Numbered from the stretch's first letter, positions 43,751 to 54,030 are shown. The stretch is 64,000 nt of DNA from Steroidobacteraceae bacterium (GCA_040878925.1 JBBDLI010000007.1:23410-87409); one strand, 5' to 3'. The notes: generated by a model not told the origin, from the sequence alone. Translations and numbers: made by a program.

Positions 43751-43816
43751 AGGGCAAAAGGGACATGAGCTTTTTCCCGAAGGACCGAAGGAAAAAGCTC
43801 ATGTCCCTTTTGCCCT
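43751..43816. terminator. perfect 27-12-27 palindrome, putative bidirectional intrinsic terminator (element E2)
   Basis: AGGGCAAAAGGGACATGAGCTTTTTCC (43751-43777) is followed by the loop CGAAGGACCGAA and then the exact reverse complement (43790-43816). The 18-bp core stem GGGACATGAGCTTTTTCC is preceded by AAAA and followed by TTTT on both strands. The element fills the whole gap between the lysS TAA and the ygfZ stop. Confidence 0.6.
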
Positions 43817-44710
43817 CTAGTCTTCGCCGTTAGACTCCGGCGCCGGGATTGCGTAGGGGAGATCGGCCGGTACGAATTCGGAGCCGCCGGGTTTCGCGCC
43901 AAGCAGGTCGCTGCAGAAACGGAGCTCGACGATAGCCAGACATTGGGTCGCGGCGTCGTCGCAAGCGGTCGTCACGACTTGGGCCGCGAGCGCCTCGCCG
44001 CTGAAGAGCGCCTGCGCGGGATGCAGCACGGCATCCGGCGGGCCGACGTAGCGCAGCATGCGGCGCTTGATGCGGCCGAGATGCTGCGAGCGCGCCACAA
44101 TCTCCTGGCCCACGTAGCAGCCCTTGCTGAAGTTGATGCCGCCGATCAAGTCGAGATTCAGCATCTGCGGCAGCCAGAGTGCGGCGGTCTCGGGGTGGAT
44201 CGACGGCTCGCCGTCGGTGATGCTCGCGCGGTCCCATGCATCCGGCGTCGTGCGCGTGACGGCCGCGAGCGCGGTGTCGAGGGCCGGCCGCGTCCCGGCG
44301 AGCAGGATCCGGCGCGGACTTGCGACCATCATCACGAGCCCCGCGGCCGCGGCGGCCGCCTGCGACCAGCGCGCGTCCGGTTCGGCATCGATCAGACCCG
44401 CGACACTGACGCGGCTGCTGCGATCGTCGAACCGGACCTCGGCCCGGAGGACGTACGCGGAAAGCTGGGCGACGAGGGTTTCTGCCAGTTTCCGTTGCAA
44501 CACCAGCAGGACATCGTCGCCGTCGGCGGCGAGCCGCATCGTCGCGAGCACTCGTGCTTGCCGGTTGCAAGCGGCGGCCAGCATCCCCGGATGACGCTCC
44601 AGACCGAGCAGGTCATTCGAGAGCTGGCCCTGGAGGAACGAACGCGCGTCGCGGCCCGTGACCGCGACGACCGCATAGGACGGCAACTGCGTGCATTGGG
44701 TGAGCGGCAT
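43817..44710 (-). CDS. ygfZ: folate-binding Fe-S cluster repair / tRNA-modification protein YgfZ
   Basis: ...VTGRDARSFLQGQLSND...NFSKGCYVGQEIVAR... carries the KGCYxGQE signature. The chosen start is ATG 44710 (MPLTQ...). Confidence 0.85.
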   Translation of the reverse strand: MPLTQCTQLPSYAVVAVTGRDARSFLQGQLSNDLLGLERHPGMLAAACNRQARVLATMRLAADGDDVLLVLQRKLAETLVAQLSAYVLRAEVRFDDRSSRVSVAGLIDAEPDARWSQAAAAAAGLVMMVASPRRILLAGTRPALDTALAAVTRTTPDAWDRASITDGEPSIHPETAALWLPQMLNLDLIGGINFSKGCYVGQEIVARSQHLGRIKRRMLRYVGPPDAVLHPAQALFSGEALAAQVVTTACDDAATQCLAIVELRFCSDLLGAKPGGSEFVPADLPYAIPAPESNGED

Positions 44711-44798
44711 TGCGCCATCGTAGCGCAGCGCATCTCGCCGAATGCGCGGCATTTGGCCGTGGGAAGCCCCGACCCCTTTCTGGCAGAATGGCTTAGCA

Positions 44799-45206
44799 AT
44801 GCAGTCTCCCGCAGAACGGCCGCTGTCCCCGCACCTGCAGGTTTACCGGCCCATGTACACGATGGTGCTGTCGATCCTGCATCGCGCAAGCGGCCTCTAT
44901 CTTTCCGCGTGCAGCCTGCTGTTTGTCGCGTGGCTCGCCGCGATCGCCGCCGGGCCTGCCGCCTACTCGGGCGCCAGCCGATTCTTTTCGAGCCTCGCCG
45001 TGCGCCTCGTGCTGACAGCGGCGCTGGCCGCCTTCTGGTATCATTTTTTCGCCGGCATCCGCCATCTCGCCTGGGACGCGGGCCTGGGATTCGAAAAGAC
45101 GTCATCGCGGCGGAGCGCCGCCGTCGTGCTCGTGTGCGCGGCTGCCGCGTTTGCGGCGACGATGTGCCTGTCGCGGGCCGGCCGCTGGCTCATGGGCGCG
45201 CCATGA
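44799..45206 (+). CDS. sdhC: succinate dehydrogenase cytochrome b556 subunit
   Basis: Starting at an internal ATG, the protein reads [26 protein letters not shown] and has 3 TM segments. Confidence 0.85.
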   Translation: MQSPAERPLSPHLQVYRPMYTMVLSILHRASGLYLSACSLLFVAWLAAIAAGPAAYSGASRFFSSLAVRLVLTAALAAFWYHFFAGIRHLAWDAGLGFEKTSSRRSAAVVLVCAAAAFAATMCLSRAGRWLMGAP

Positions 45207-45550
45207 ACGGGCATCGGGGCTCCGCGACCCGGCATTGGCGCAATCAGCGCATGACCTCGATCGCGCTGCTGCCGCTCGGGCTGTGGTTCCTGTTCGCGTT
45301 GCTGTTGCAGCCGGCGCTCGATCACGCGACGGTCGCGGCGTGGCTCGCAAAGCCGCTGCAGGCGCTCCTGGCCGCGCTTTTCGGCGGCGCGATGCTCTGG
45401 CATTCGATGCAGGGGGTCGAGGTCGTGCTCGAGGATTACGTGCGCGGCCGAACGCTCACACTCTCCATCCTGCTTTCGCGGCTCGCACACACCGCCGCCG
45501 CGGTCGCGCTTTCCTGGGCGATATTCACGATCGCCGCCGGCGGCGCATGA
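45203..45550 (+). CDS. sdhD: succinate dehydrogenase hydrophobic membrane anchor subunit
   Basis: The ATGA start overlaps the sdhC stop. ...[19 protein letters not shown]... is followed by TM helices. Confidence 0.85.
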   Translation: MNGHRGSATRHWRNQRMTSIALLPLGLWFLFALLLQPALDHATVAAWLAKPLQALLAALFGGAMLWHSMQGVEVVLEDYVRGRTLTLSILLSRLAHTAAAVALSWAIFTIAAGGA

Positions 45551-47328
45551 GCGCGTATCCGCTCGTCGATCACGCCTGCGACGTCGTCGTGGTCGGCGCC
45601 GGCGGTGCCGGCCTTCGCGCCACCATGGGGCTCGCGCAGGCGGGGCTGGCGACCGCCTGCGTCACCAAGGTGTTTCCGACCCGGAGCCACACCGTTGCCG
45701 CGCAGGGCGGCATCAGCGCGGCGCTCGGGAACATGGGCGAGGACGACTGGCGCTTCCATTTCTACGACACGGTCAAGGGCTCGGACTGGCTCGGCGACCA
45801 GGATGCGATCGCATTCATGTGCCGCGAAGCGCCGGCGGCAGTCATCGAGCTCGAGCATTTCGGCATGCCGTTCTCGCGCACGGAGGACGGCCGCATTTAC
45901 CAGCGCCCGTTCGGCGGAATGACCACGCACTATGGCCGCGGCATTGCGCAACGCACCTGCGCCGCCGCGGACCGGACCGGCCACGCAATGTTGCACACGC
46001 TCTACCAGCAGAGCCTGCGCCACCAGGCGAAATTCTTCATCGAGTACTTCGCGATCGACCTCATCATGGAGGAGGGCGCCTGCCGCGGCGTCCTCGCGCT
46101 CGACATGGCGACCGGCACCCTCCACCGGTTCCTCGCGCAGGCGACGATTCTCGCGACCGGCGGCTATGGCCGCGCGTATCTGTCTTGCACGTCCGCGCAC
46201 ACCTGCACGGGCGACGGCAACAGCATGGTCTTGCGCGCGGGCCTGCCGCTGCAGGACATGGAGTTCGTGCAGTTTCACCCGACGGGGATCTACGGCGCGG
46301 GCTGCCTGATCACGGAGGGCGTGCGCGGCGAGGGCGGCATCCTCAGGAACTCCGAAGGCGAGCGCTTCATGGAGCGCTACGCCCCGAATGCGAAGGACCT
46401 GGCCTCACGCGATGTCGTGTGCCGCGCGATGACGATCGAGATCCGCGAGGGTCGCGGTGTCGGTCCGGCGCGCGACCACCTGTACCTTCACCTCGAGCAC
46501 CTCGGGCCGGAGGTGATCCACAAGCGCTTGCCCGGCATCGCCGAGACCGCGATGATCTTCGCGAACGTGGACGTGTCCCGCGCGCCGATTCCCGTGTTGC
46601 CCACCGTGCACTACAACATGGGCGGCATTCCCTGCAACTTGAACGGCGAAGCCCTGACCCGAAGCGGCGATTCGGAAATCGTCGTGCCCGGTTTGATGGC
46701 GATCGGCGAGGCGGCCTGCGTCTCGGTCCACGGCGCGAACCGGCTCGGATCGAATTCGCTGCTGGACCTCGTCGTCTTCGGGCGCGCCGCCGCGGCCCAT
46801 TGCGCGAAGGCGCTCCGGCCCGGCGCCACCGTGCCCGTGCCGGGCGAGCAGGCGCATGCGCCTGCGCTCGAACGATTCGACCGCATCCGGCATGCGAGCG
46901 GCAGCCGGACGACCGCGTCGCTCCGGGAAGAAATGCAACGCGCCATGCAGCGCGAAGCTGCCGTGTTTCGAACGAATGACACGCTGTCCGAAGGTTGTTT
47001 GGCGCTCGGGGCCTGTTACAGCTCGCTCGCGGACTTGCGCATCACCGACCGTTCGCTCATCTTCAATACCGACCTGGTCGAGGCGCTCGAGCTCGACAAC
47101 CTGCTGCGCCAGGCGCGCGCGACGATTCATTCGGCCCGGAACCGGACCGAGAGCCGCGGAGCGCACGCGCGGGAGGATTATCCCGCGCGCGACGACACGA
47201 ACTGGATGAAGCACACGCTGGCCTGGGTGAATGATTCGGGCGGCGTGCGATTCGACTATCGCCCGGTGCAGCAAGACACGCTTTCCGGCGACGTCGAGCG
47301 GATACCGCCGCAGGCCCGGGCCTACTGA
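45547..47328 (+). CDS. sdhA: succinate dehydrogenase flavoprotein subunit
   Basis: The ATGA start overlaps the sdhD stop. [12 protein letters not shown]...[11 protein letters not shown]...HPTG...[13 protein letters not shown] are SdhA motifs. Confidence 0.97.
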   Translation: MSAYPLVDHACDVVVVGAGGAGLRATMGLAQAGLATACVTKVFPTRSHTVAAQGGISAALGNMGEDDWRFHFYDTVKGSDWLGDQDAIAFMCREAPAAVIELEHFGMPFSRTEDGRIYQRPFGGMTTHYGRGIAQRTCAAADRTGHAMLHTLYQQSLRHQAKFFIEYFAIDLIMEEGACRGVLALDMATGTLHRFLAQATILATGGYGRAYLSCTSAHTCTGDGNSMVLRAGLPLQDMEFVQFHPTGIYGAGCLITEGVRGEGGILRNSEGERFMERYAPNAKDLASRDVVCRAMTIEIREGRGVGPARDHLYLHLEHLGPEVIHKRLPGIAETAMIFANVDVSRAPIPVLPTVHYNMGGIPCNLNGEALTRSGDSEIVVPGLMAIGEAACVSVHGANRLGSNSLLDLVVFGRAAAAHCAKALRPGATVPVPGEQAHAPALERFDRIRHASGSRTTASLREEMQRAMQREAAVFRTNDTLSEGCLALGACYSSLADLRITDRSLIFNTDLVEALELDNLLRQARATIHSARNRTESRGAHAREDYPARDDTNWMKHTLAWVNDSGGVRFDYRPVQQDTLSGDVERIPPQARAY

Positions 47329-47335
47329 GGAGACC

Positions 47336-48124
47336 ATGGCAGAGTTCCGACTTCCCGCGAGTTCACGCTACACGGACCGGCCGGGCCGCCACCATCCGGG
47401 AGCGCCGGACGCCGCGCGCGTGCGGCAGTTCAGGATCTATCGCTGGGATCCGGACTCGCAGGACCCGCCGCGCGTCGACAGCTACGACGTCGATCTCGAC
47501 CGGTGCGGGCCGATGGTTCTCGACGCGCTGATCAAGATCAAGAACGAGGTGGATTCGACGGTGACCTTCCGGCGCTCCTGCCGCGAGGGCATCTGCGGCT
47601 CCTGCGCGATGAACATCGACGGCGTGAACACGCTCGCCTGCACCCTGCCGATCGCGTCGGTACGAGGCACGGTGCGGATCTTCCCATTGCCGCACCTGCC
47701 GGTCGTGAAAGACCTGGTGCCGGACCTGAGCGAGTTCTACGAGCAGTACGCGGCCGTGCGGCCGTGGCTGCAGACGGGCAAGTCTCCTCCGCCCACGGGC
47801 GAGCGCCGGCAGGCGCCTGCCGACCAGGAACTGATCGATCGTCCTTCCGCCTGCATTCTCTGCGCCTGCTGCTCGACCGCCTGCCCCAGCTATTGGTGGA
47901 ACAGCGACCGCTTTCTCGGTCCGGCGGCGCTCCTCGCAAGCTACCGCTGGATCGTGGACACGCGCGACGAAGCGCAGGCGGAACGCCTCGCAGCGCTCGA
48001 CGACGCGTTTCGCCTGTATCGCTGTCACACGATCATGAATTGCACCGAGGCCTGCCCCAAGGACCTGAATCCCGCGCGCGCGATTGCCGACATCAAGCGC
48101 AGGCTCCTGGACCGGGACGACTGA
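47336..48124 (+). CDS. sdhB: succinate dehydrogenase iron-sulfur subunit
   Basis: The three Fe-S cluster motifs are [24 protein letters not shown] and [13 protein letters not shown]. Confidence 0.96.
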   Translation: MAEFRLPASSRYTDRPGRHHPGAPDAARVRQFRIYRWDPDSQDPPRVDSYDVDLDRCGPMVLDALIKIKNEVDSTVTFRRSCREGICGSCAMNIDGVNTLACTLPIASVRGTVRIFPLPHLPVVKDLVPDLSEFYEQYAAVRPWLQTGKSPPPTGERRQAPADQELIDRPSACILCACCSTACPSYWWNSDRFLGPAALLASYRWIVDTRDEAQAERLAALDDAFRLYRCHTIMNCTEACPKDLNPARAIADIKRRLLDRDD

Positions 48125-48127
48125 ACC

Positions 48128-48373
48128 GTGCGCGATGCAACTCACGCCCGTTTGCGCTGGCGCTGCCGGCGAGGGATGAAAGAACTCGACGTGCTGCTCG
48201 CCGACTGGCTCGAGCGTCGCTGGCCGCACGCGGATGCCGGCCGGCGGAAATCGTTCCAGTGGCTGCTCGAACAGCCGGATCCCGACCTCGCGGAGTGGCT
48301 CATCCGCGGTTCGCGGCCGGCGGACGCGGCGCACGCGGCGCTCGTCAATGACATCGTTCGCCGCCGCGATTGA
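48128..48373 (+). CDS. sdhE: FAD assembly factor SdhE (YgfY/CptB family)
   Basis: The 81-aa protein reads ARLRWRCRRGMKELDVLL...PDPDLAEWL, matching the RGMxELD signature. Confidence 0.88.
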   Translation: MRDATHARLRWRCRRGMKELDVLLADWLERRWPHADAGRRKSFQWLLEQPDPDLAEWLIRGSRPADAAHAALVNDIVRRRD

Positions 48374-48764
48374 GCCCGCCGCGCAGCCGCGACTCGCGGC
48401 CGCGGTATTCCTCGTGCATTTCCTTGCCGCGTTGAGTCCCTGGCTCGCCCGCTCGGCCGCGCCGCTCGCGGTCGCGCTCTCGATGCTCGCGATTGCGGGA
48501 TTCGTCGCGACGCTCGGGCGCGTTCCCGGCCGTCACTGCAGGCTCGCGACAATCACGTTCGACGGTCGCGGATGCCGCGCCCGCCTCGCAGGAGAGCTCG
48601 CATTCGTGCCGGCTCAACTGAGTGGCGGAGCGCGCGCCTACGCTGCGCTCGTCTCTCTCGAGATCGTGGTCGGCGGGCGGCGCCTGGGTTGGTTGTTGCC
48701 GCGTGCGGCGCTTCCACCCCAGGTATTTCGCCGCCTGAAGGCCCGGATCCGCTTGTCTTGCTAG
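48348..48764 (+). CDS. YgfX/CptA-like inner membrane protein (DUF1434-like)
   Basis: The 138-aa protein has two predicted TM helices followed by a basic C-terminal tail ...LLPRAALPPQVFRRLKARI. It sits directly after sdhE, like E. coli ygfX. The start (ATG 48348, overlapping sdhE by 26 nt) is uncertain, and the similarity was judged by eye only. Confidence 0.55.
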   Translation: MTSFAAAIEPAAQPRLAAAVFLVHFLAALSPWLARSAAPLAVALSMLAIAGFVATLGRVPGRHCRLATITFDGRGCRARLAGELAFVPAQLSGGARAYAALVSLEIVVGGRRLGWLLPRAALPPQVFRRLKARIRLSC

Positions 48765-48821
48765 AATCAGCGCATTGCCTCACGAAAGGAGGGGCGTACG
48801 CCCGCCCTGCCACGACCTTGC

Positions 48822-48848
48822 GAACTAACAGGGGGTCGGCCGGTCATA
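48822..48848 (+). promoter_or_regulatory. putative sigma-E (AlgU/RpoE)-type autoregulated promoter
   Basis: GAACTA (48822-48827), a 16-nt spacer and TCATA (48844-48848) lie 43 nt upstream of the rpoE ATG. The ECF sigma-E consensus is GAACTT-N16-TCnnA. Confidence 0.5.
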
Positions 48849-48890
48849 TCCGGCGTGCACGTGGAGGGCGCAGCGCAAGCCATCGAGCCG

Positions 48891-49496
48891 ATGCGGGCTG
48901 AAGCAGGGGACATTGCGCTGGTTCGCCGGGTGCAGAAGGGCGACAAGGCGGCCTTCGACGCCCTGGTGCTCAAGTATCAGCACAAGGTGCTGAAGCTCGT
49001 GCAGCGCTATGTACGCAATCCCGCGGAAGCCGAGGACATCGCGCAGGAGGCGTTCATCAAGGCCTATCGCGCCTTGCCGGGGTTCCGGGGCGACAGCGCC
49101 TTTTATACGTGGCTGTACCGGATCGCGATCAACACGGCCAAGAACGCGCTCGTTGCGAGCCGCCGGCGGCCGGTGTCGTATGACCTCGATCTGCAGGATG
49201 GGACCCAGGTGCAGGCGCATGCCCGCCTCGCGGATACCGAGACTCCCGAGGCACTCGCACTGACGGACGAGATCCGCCGGACGGTCAACGAGGCCATCGA
49301 AGCCCTGCCGGACGATCTGCGTCTCGCGATCGTGCTGCGGGAGCTCGAGGGTCTCAGTTACGAGGACATTGCGAGGACGATGGAATGCCCGGTGGGCACG
49401 GTCCGTTCGAGGATATTCCGCGCGCGCGAAGCGATCGATCGCAGCCTGCGCGAAGTTTTCGACGGCGGCCTCGGGCGCATTGGAGACCTTGAATGA
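48891..49496 (+). CDS. rpoE: ECF sigma factor RpoE/AlgU
   Basis: ...LVRRVQKGDKAAFDALVLKYQHKV...EDIAQEAFIKAYR...GLSYEDIARTMECPVGTVRSRIFRAREAI are RpoE motifs. ATG 48891 matches the E. coli RpoE N-terminal spacing. GTG 48855 is an alternative start. Confidence 0.92.
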   Translation: MRAEAGDIALVRRVQKGDKAAFDALVLKYQHKVLKLVQRYVRNPAEAEDIAQEAFIKAYRALPGFRGDSAFYTWLYRIAINTAKNALVASRRRPVSYDLDLQDGTQVQAHARLADTETPEALALTDEIRRTVNEAIEALPDDLRLAIVLRELEGLSYEDIARTMECPVGTVRSRIFRAREAIDRSLREVFDGGLGRIGDLE

Positions 49497-50125
49497 CGGA
49501 CAGGATCAAGGAACAGCTTTCGACCTTCGTGGACGGCGAATTGCCGGACCAGGAAACCGCGCTCCTGCTGAAGCGGCTCGAGCGCGACGACGAGTTGCGC
49601 GGCGCCCTTTCGCGATACTCGCTGATCGGGGCGGTGCTTCGCAGCGACGGTGACGTACCGGCCGCGCGCCAGGTGGCCGCGCGAGTGAGTGCCGCGATTG
49701 CGCGGGAGCCTTTCCGCGCTGCCGCTTTCGTTCGACTGCCGGATCGGGATTCGCTCCTGCACTCGGTGGCGGGGCTGGCGGTCGCCGCGGGCGTCGCCTT
49801 TGGCGCGGTGTTGATCGTGCCGCAGGTCGGACCGCAGGATCCGGCCGCGCCTGAGGCGCTCATGGCCCAGGCCGTCGAGTCGCCGATCGAGCCGGTGTCG
49901 GACGTGGCCGATGTCGTGGACGAGCCGGCGGCGATCTACGTGACCCCGCCGGCGACGGATTCGACCGGCGGAATCGCCCCGGCGCAGCTCGCGAATTACC
50001 TCGTCGCGCATTATGGCTATGCCTCGCCGCTCGTCCGCCGCAGCGTCGGCGTCGGGCTCATGAGCGCGCCGGGCGAGCCGGCGCTCGTTGAAGTCGCGCC
50101 CCGAGAGGGCCAGGCCGGAAAGTGA
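49493..50125 (+). CDS. rseA: anti-sigma-E factor RseA/MucA
   Basis: The ATGA start overlaps the rpoE stop. The N-terminus EQLSTFVDGELPDQE...L..Y.LIG..LR is followed by a central TM segment. Confidence 0.8.
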   Translation: MTDRIKEQLSTFVDGELPDQETALLLKRLERDDELRGALSRYSLIGAVLRSDGDVPAARQVAARVSAAIAREPFRAAAFVRLPDRDSLLHSVAGLAVAAGVAFGAVLIVPQVGPQDPAAPEALMAQAVESPIEPVSDVADVVDEPAAIYVTPPATDSTGGIAPAQLANYLVAHYGYASPLVRRSVGVGLMSAPGEPALVEVAPREGQAGK

Positions 50126-51114
50126 GTCCGCGACACGCCATCGCGCTCGCGTTGGGCCTCGCCGCCGCGCCCGCGCTGGCGGAGAGCGGGCAGGAATGGC
50201 TCGGCCGGATGTCGGCGAAGCTCAGCAACGCGAGCTACGTCGGCGAATTCATTTCCGAATCGGCCGGCCGCGCGGAGCGGCTCAGCATCACCCATCGCGT
50301 CCGCGACGGCGTCGTGTCGGAGCGCCTCGTTTCGCTCTCCGGCAGCGGCCGCGAGCTCGTGCGTGAAAATGATGAGGTTGTGGTCTACCTGCCTGACCAG
50401 AAGCTCGCGATCATCGAGCGCCGCTCGGGCCGCAGCGACCTGATGGGTGCGCTTCCCCAATTCGAAGGCCGGATGGCCTCCTGGTACAAGGTCGACTACG
50501 TCGGCCGTGAAGCCACCATTTTTGGGCCGACCGCCGTCGTCGCGGTGCGCCCCCTCGACGGGTATCGCTTCGGATACCGGTTGTGGATCGACGTCGATAC
50601 GCACATGCCGGTGCGGAGCGACTTGTCCGACGGAGCGGGGCGCGTGATCGAGCGCCTGCGGTTCACGAAACTCGAATTCAACGACAACATTCCGGACTCC
50701 GCGTTCGAACCGGCGCTCGATCGCAGCAAGCTCCGCTGGGTCCGCCAGTCGCCGCAGGCGGACGAAGAGGCGCCGGCCTGGCGGGCGGCGCAGGTGCCGC
50801 CGGGATTCCGGCTTTCGGTGAGCGGCATGCAGGCCGTGGCGGGCTCCGGCGCGCCGGTCAGCCACCTCGTGTATTCGGACGGACTCGCGTCGGTGTCGGT
50901 CTTCATTCACGCCCCGGCGCCGGGGCGGTCGCCGGGTCCGGCATCGGGCCGCTCGGGCGTCGCCTCGGCTTTCTCGACCGTCGTCGACGGCCACCAGGTC
51001 ACGGTCGTCGGCGAAGTGCCGCCGCGGACGCTCAAGTTCATCGCGACCGGGCTTCGCCCGGCGGGCGTGGCGGCGCCCGTCGTGCCCGCGGCTGCCGCCA
51101 GCAGGCGCGATTGA
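50122..51114 (+). CDS. rseB: sigma-E regulatory protein RseB/MucB
   Basis: The start overlaps the rseA stop. The protein has a signal peptide, then WLGRMSAKLSNASYVGEF...ERLVSLSG..RELVR. Confidence 0.85.
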   Translation: MSPRHAIALALGLAAAPALAESGQEWLGRMSAKLSNASYVGEFISESAGRAERLSITHRVRDGVVSERLVSLSGSGRELVRENDEVVVYLPDQKLAIIERRSGRSDLMGALPQFEGRMASWYKVDYVGREATIFGPTAVVAVRPLDGYRFGYRLWIDVDTHMPVRSDLSDGAGRVIERLRFTKLEFNDNIPDSAFEPALDRSKLRWVRQSPQADEEAPAWRAAQVPPGFRLSVSGMQAVAGSGAPVSHLVYSDGLASVSVFIHAPAPGRSPGPASGRSGVASAFSTVVDGHQVTVVGEVPPRTLKFIATGLRPAGVAAPVVPAAAASRRD

Positions 51115-51121
51115 CGACGGC

Positions 51122-51352
51122 GTGACTGCCTCCCGATTTCGCGTCTATACCCGTAACGGCTGCACCCTCTGCGACGAGTTCATCGCCGAGCTCTCGCGGA
51201 TCGTCGGCGCATTCGAAATCCGCGATGTCGATGACGACGCGACGACGCGCCGCCGCTTTGGACTCAAGGTTCCAGTGCTGACCTGCGAGGGCAGCGTCGT
51301 CTGCCACGGCCGCCTCGATCGCGCGGCGGTGACGCGGCTTCTCTCCGCCTGA
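51122..51352 (+). CDS. glutaredoxin-like small protein (DUF836-like, CxxC)
   Basis: The 76-aa protein reads [14 protein letters not shown]...KVPVL.... It occupies the position that rseC holds in E. coli. Confidence 0.7.
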   Translation: MTASRFRVYTRNGCTLCDEFIAELSRIVGAFEIRDVDDDATTRRRFGLKVPVLTCEGSVVCHGRLDRAAVTRLLSA

Positions 51353-51372
51353 ACGGGTCGAAGGCACCCGAC

Positions 51373-51381
51373 TGGTATAAT
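51373..51381 (+). promoter_or_regulatory. putative extended -10 promoter element upstream of lepA
   Basis: TGGTATAAT has TG at 51373-51374 and a consensus TATAAT at 51376-51381, 52 nt upstream of the lepA ATG. There is no good -35 hexamer. Confidence 0.4.
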
Positions 51382-51432
51382 CCCGCATTCCCGGACGCGC
51401 CTGTCCGGCAAAGGCGCCCCGGCTTCCCCCCG

Positions 51433-53220
51433 ATGCAGCAAATACGCAATTTCTCGATCATTGCGCACGTCGATCACGGCAAGTCCACGCTCGCCGACCG
51501 GCTCATCCAGATTTGCGGCGGCCTCGAGGCCCGCGAGATGCAGGACCAGGTGCTCGATTCGATGGACCTCGAGCGCGAGCGCGGCATCACGATCAAGGCG
51601 CAGTCCGTCACGCTCAATTACCAGACGGCTGACGGGCGCGAATACCAGCTCAATTTCATCGACACTCCCGGTCACGTCGATTTCTCGTACGAGGTGTCGC
51701 GCTCGCTCGCGGCCTGCGAGGGGGCGTTGCTCGTCGTGGACGCCGCGCAGGGCGTGGAGGCCCAGAGCGTCGCCAATTGCTACACGGCGCTTGAGCAGGG
51801 CCTCGAGGTGCTCCCGGTCATCAACAAGATCGACCTGCCTTCGGCCGATCCCGAGCGCGTGATCGCGGAGATCGAGGACATCATCGGCATCGAGGCGAAA
51901 GATGCCGTGCGGGTCAGCGCGAAGACCGGCGAAAACGTGCCGGAGCTGCTCGAGCGGATCGTGCAGCGCATCCCGCCGCCGCGGGGTGACCCGGCCGCGC
52001 CCCTGCAGGCGCTCATCGTCGATTCCTGGTTCGACAACTATGTCGGCGTCGTCTCGCTGGTTCGCGTCGTCAATGGCGCCCTGCGCCGGAATGACCGCAT
52101 CCGCGTGATGTCGACCGGCCGCGGGTGGCAGGTGGACCGGATCGGGCGCTTCACGCCGAAACGCGTCGAAACCGAGGGGCTCGCGACCGGCGAGGTCGGC
52201 TGGATGACCGCCGGCATCAAGGACATCGACGGCGCGCCGGTCGGCGACACGATCACGAGCGAGTCGAAGCCCTGCGCGGCGCCGCTGCCCGGCTTCAAGT
52301 CCGTGAAGCCGCGCGTTTTCGCGGGACTCTTCCCGGTGCAATCGGAACAGTACGAGGCGTTCCGCGACGCGCTGCAGAAGCTCAAGCTGAACGACTCCGC
52401 GCTGCACTACGAGCCCGAGGTTTCGACGGCGCTCGGTTTCGGCTTCCGCTGCGGATTCCTGGGACTCCTGCACATGGACATCGTCCAGGAGCGGCTCGAG
52501 CGCGAATACGGGCTCGCGCTCGTGACGAGCGCCCCAACCGTCATCTACGAAGTGCTCGGGAACGACGGCGAGATCCTGCTGGTGGACAATCCGGCGCGGC
52601 TGCCCGAGAACTACCGGGAGCTTCGCGAGCCGATCATCACCGCCAACATCCTCGTGCCGCCGGAGCATGTCGGCGCGGTGCTGAAGCTCTGCCAGGAGAA
52701 GCGCGGGACGCAACGGAAGATGCAACAGCTCGGCACGCAGATGTCGCTGCAATACGAATTGCCGCTTGCGGAGGTCGTGCTGGATTTCTTCGACCGGCTG
52801 AAATCCGTGAGTCGCGGTTATGCCTCGTTCGACTACGATTTCAGCCATTTCCAGGCGGCGCCGCTGGCGCGGCTCGACATGCTGATCAACGGCGACCGGG
52901 TCGACGCCCTGTCGATCATCGTGCACCGCGAGAGCGCGCACCAGCGGGGACGCGAGCTCGTCGACAAGATGCAGGAGCTGATACCGCGGCAGATGTTCGA
53001 GGTCGCGATCCAGGCCGCCATCGGCGGCCAGGTGATCTCGCGGGCGACGGTCAAGGCATTGCGCAAGAACGTCCTCGCCAAGTGCTATGGCGGCGACGTG
53101 AGCCGCAAGCGCAAGCTCCTCGAGAAGCAGAAGGAAGGCAAGAAGCGCATGAAGCAGCTCGGGACGGTCGAGATTCCGCAGGAAGCGTTCCTGGCGGTCC
53201 TGAGCATGGGCAAGAAATAA
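51433..53220 (+). CDS. lepA: translation elongation factor 4 (LepA)
   Basis: [20 protein letters not shown]...DTPGHVDF...NKIDLP... are LepA GTPase motifs in a 595-aa protein. Confidence 0.97.
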   Translation: MQQIRNFSIIAHVDHGKSTLADRLIQICGGLEAREMQDQVLDSMDLERERGITIKAQSVTLNYQTADGREYQLNFIDTPGHVDFSYEVSRSLAACEGALLVVDAAQGVEAQSVANCYTALEQGLEVLPVINKIDLPSADPERVIAEIEDIIGIEAKDAVRVSAKTGENVPELLERIVQRIPPPRGDPAAPLQALIVDSWFDNYVGVVSLVRVVNGALRRNDRIRVMSTGRGWQVDRIGRFTPKRVETEGLATGEVGWMTAGIKDIDGAPVGDTITSESKPCAAPLPGFKSVKPRVFAGLFPVQSEQYEAFRDALQKLKLNDSALHYEPEVSTALGFGFRCGFLGLLHMDIVQERLEREYGLALVTSAPTVIYEVLGNDGEILLVDNPARLPENYRELREPIITANILVPPEHVGAVLKLCQEKRGTQRKMQQLGTQMSLQYELPLAEVVLDFFDRLKSVSRGYASFDYDFSHFQAAPLARLDMLINGDRVDALSIIVHRESAHQRGRELVDKMQELIPRQMFEVAIQAAIGGQVISRATVKALRKNVLAKCYGGDVSRKRKLLEKQKEGKKRMKQLGTVEIPQEAFLAVLSMGKK

Positions 53221-53236
53221 CGGACTGGAGCAGTTG

Positions 53237-54019
53237 ATGGTCTTCGATTTTTCATTCGTGCTGGTATTGCTCATGGCGGTCACGGGCCTCGTGTGGGCGG
53301 CCGACCGGTGGTTCTTCGCGGCACGCCGCAGGGAACGCGGAGTCGCGAAGGAGCCGGTCCTCGTCGATTACTCGCGGTCCTTCTTCCCGATAATCGTCAT
53401 CGTGCTCGTGCTGCGGTCGTTCCTCTACGAGCCGTTCCGGATTCCGTCGGACTCGATGATGCCGACCCTGATCCAGGGCGATTTCATCTTCGTCAACAAG
53501 TGGCGCTACGGGCTCCGGCTGCCGGTCCTGAACACACGCGTGGTCGAAATCGGCCGGCCGCAGCGCGGCGACGTCGTCGTATTCCGCAAACCTTCGGAGC
53601 CGTCGCTCGTTTTCATCAAGCGCCTCGTCGGCCTGCCCGGCGACACGATCCAGGTGATCGGTGCCCAGCCCTGGGTTAATGACAAGCCGTCACAGATTGA
53701 GGCCGGCGAGTTGTATTCCGGCCCCAAGAGCGAGCAGTATCCGTTCACGAACGTGGGCGATGAGCGCCTCGGCAACATCACGCACGCCATCCTGCTCGAC
53801 CCGGCGCGACCCGGAATGGAAGGCGAATGGCGGGTGCCGCCGGGTCACTACTTCATGATGGGCGATAATCGCAACAACAGCCGCGACAGCCGCTTTCCCG
53901 ATGTCGGGTTCATTCCCGAAGATCACATCATCGGCAAGGCAGAAGCCATCTGGCTGTCATTCAATCCGGGGCCGGGGTCGTTCCTGCTCTGGGAACGCAT
54001 GGGCACCGGCATCCGTTAG
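53237..54019 (+). CDS. lepB: signal peptidase I
   Basis: IPSDSMMPTL...GDVVVF...IKRLVGLPGD...MGDNRNNSRDSR are signal peptidase I motifs. Confidence 0.92.
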   Translation: MVFDFSFVLVLLMAVTGLVWAADRWFFAARRRERGVAKEPVLVDYSRSFFPIIVIVLVLRSFLYEPFRIPSDSMMPTLIQGDFIFVNKWRYGLRLPVLNTRVVEIGRPQRGDVVVFRKPSEPSLVFIKRLVGLPGDTIQVIGAQPWVNDKPSQIEAGELYSGPKSEQYPFTNVGDERLGNITHAILLDPARPGMEGEWRVPPGHYFMMGDNRNNSRDSRFPDVGFIPEDHIIGKAEAIWLSFNPGPGSFLLWERMGTGIR

Positions 54020-54030
54020 GGAGACAGGAA

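Noticed and set aside
38842-43816. E1 and E2 considered as CRISPR repeats or attC sites.
   Set aside because: They are single isolated palindromes about 4.9 kb apart, with no spacer array or cas genes. They lack the RYYYAAC/GTTRRRY core sites and the bulged imperfect pairing typical of attC.
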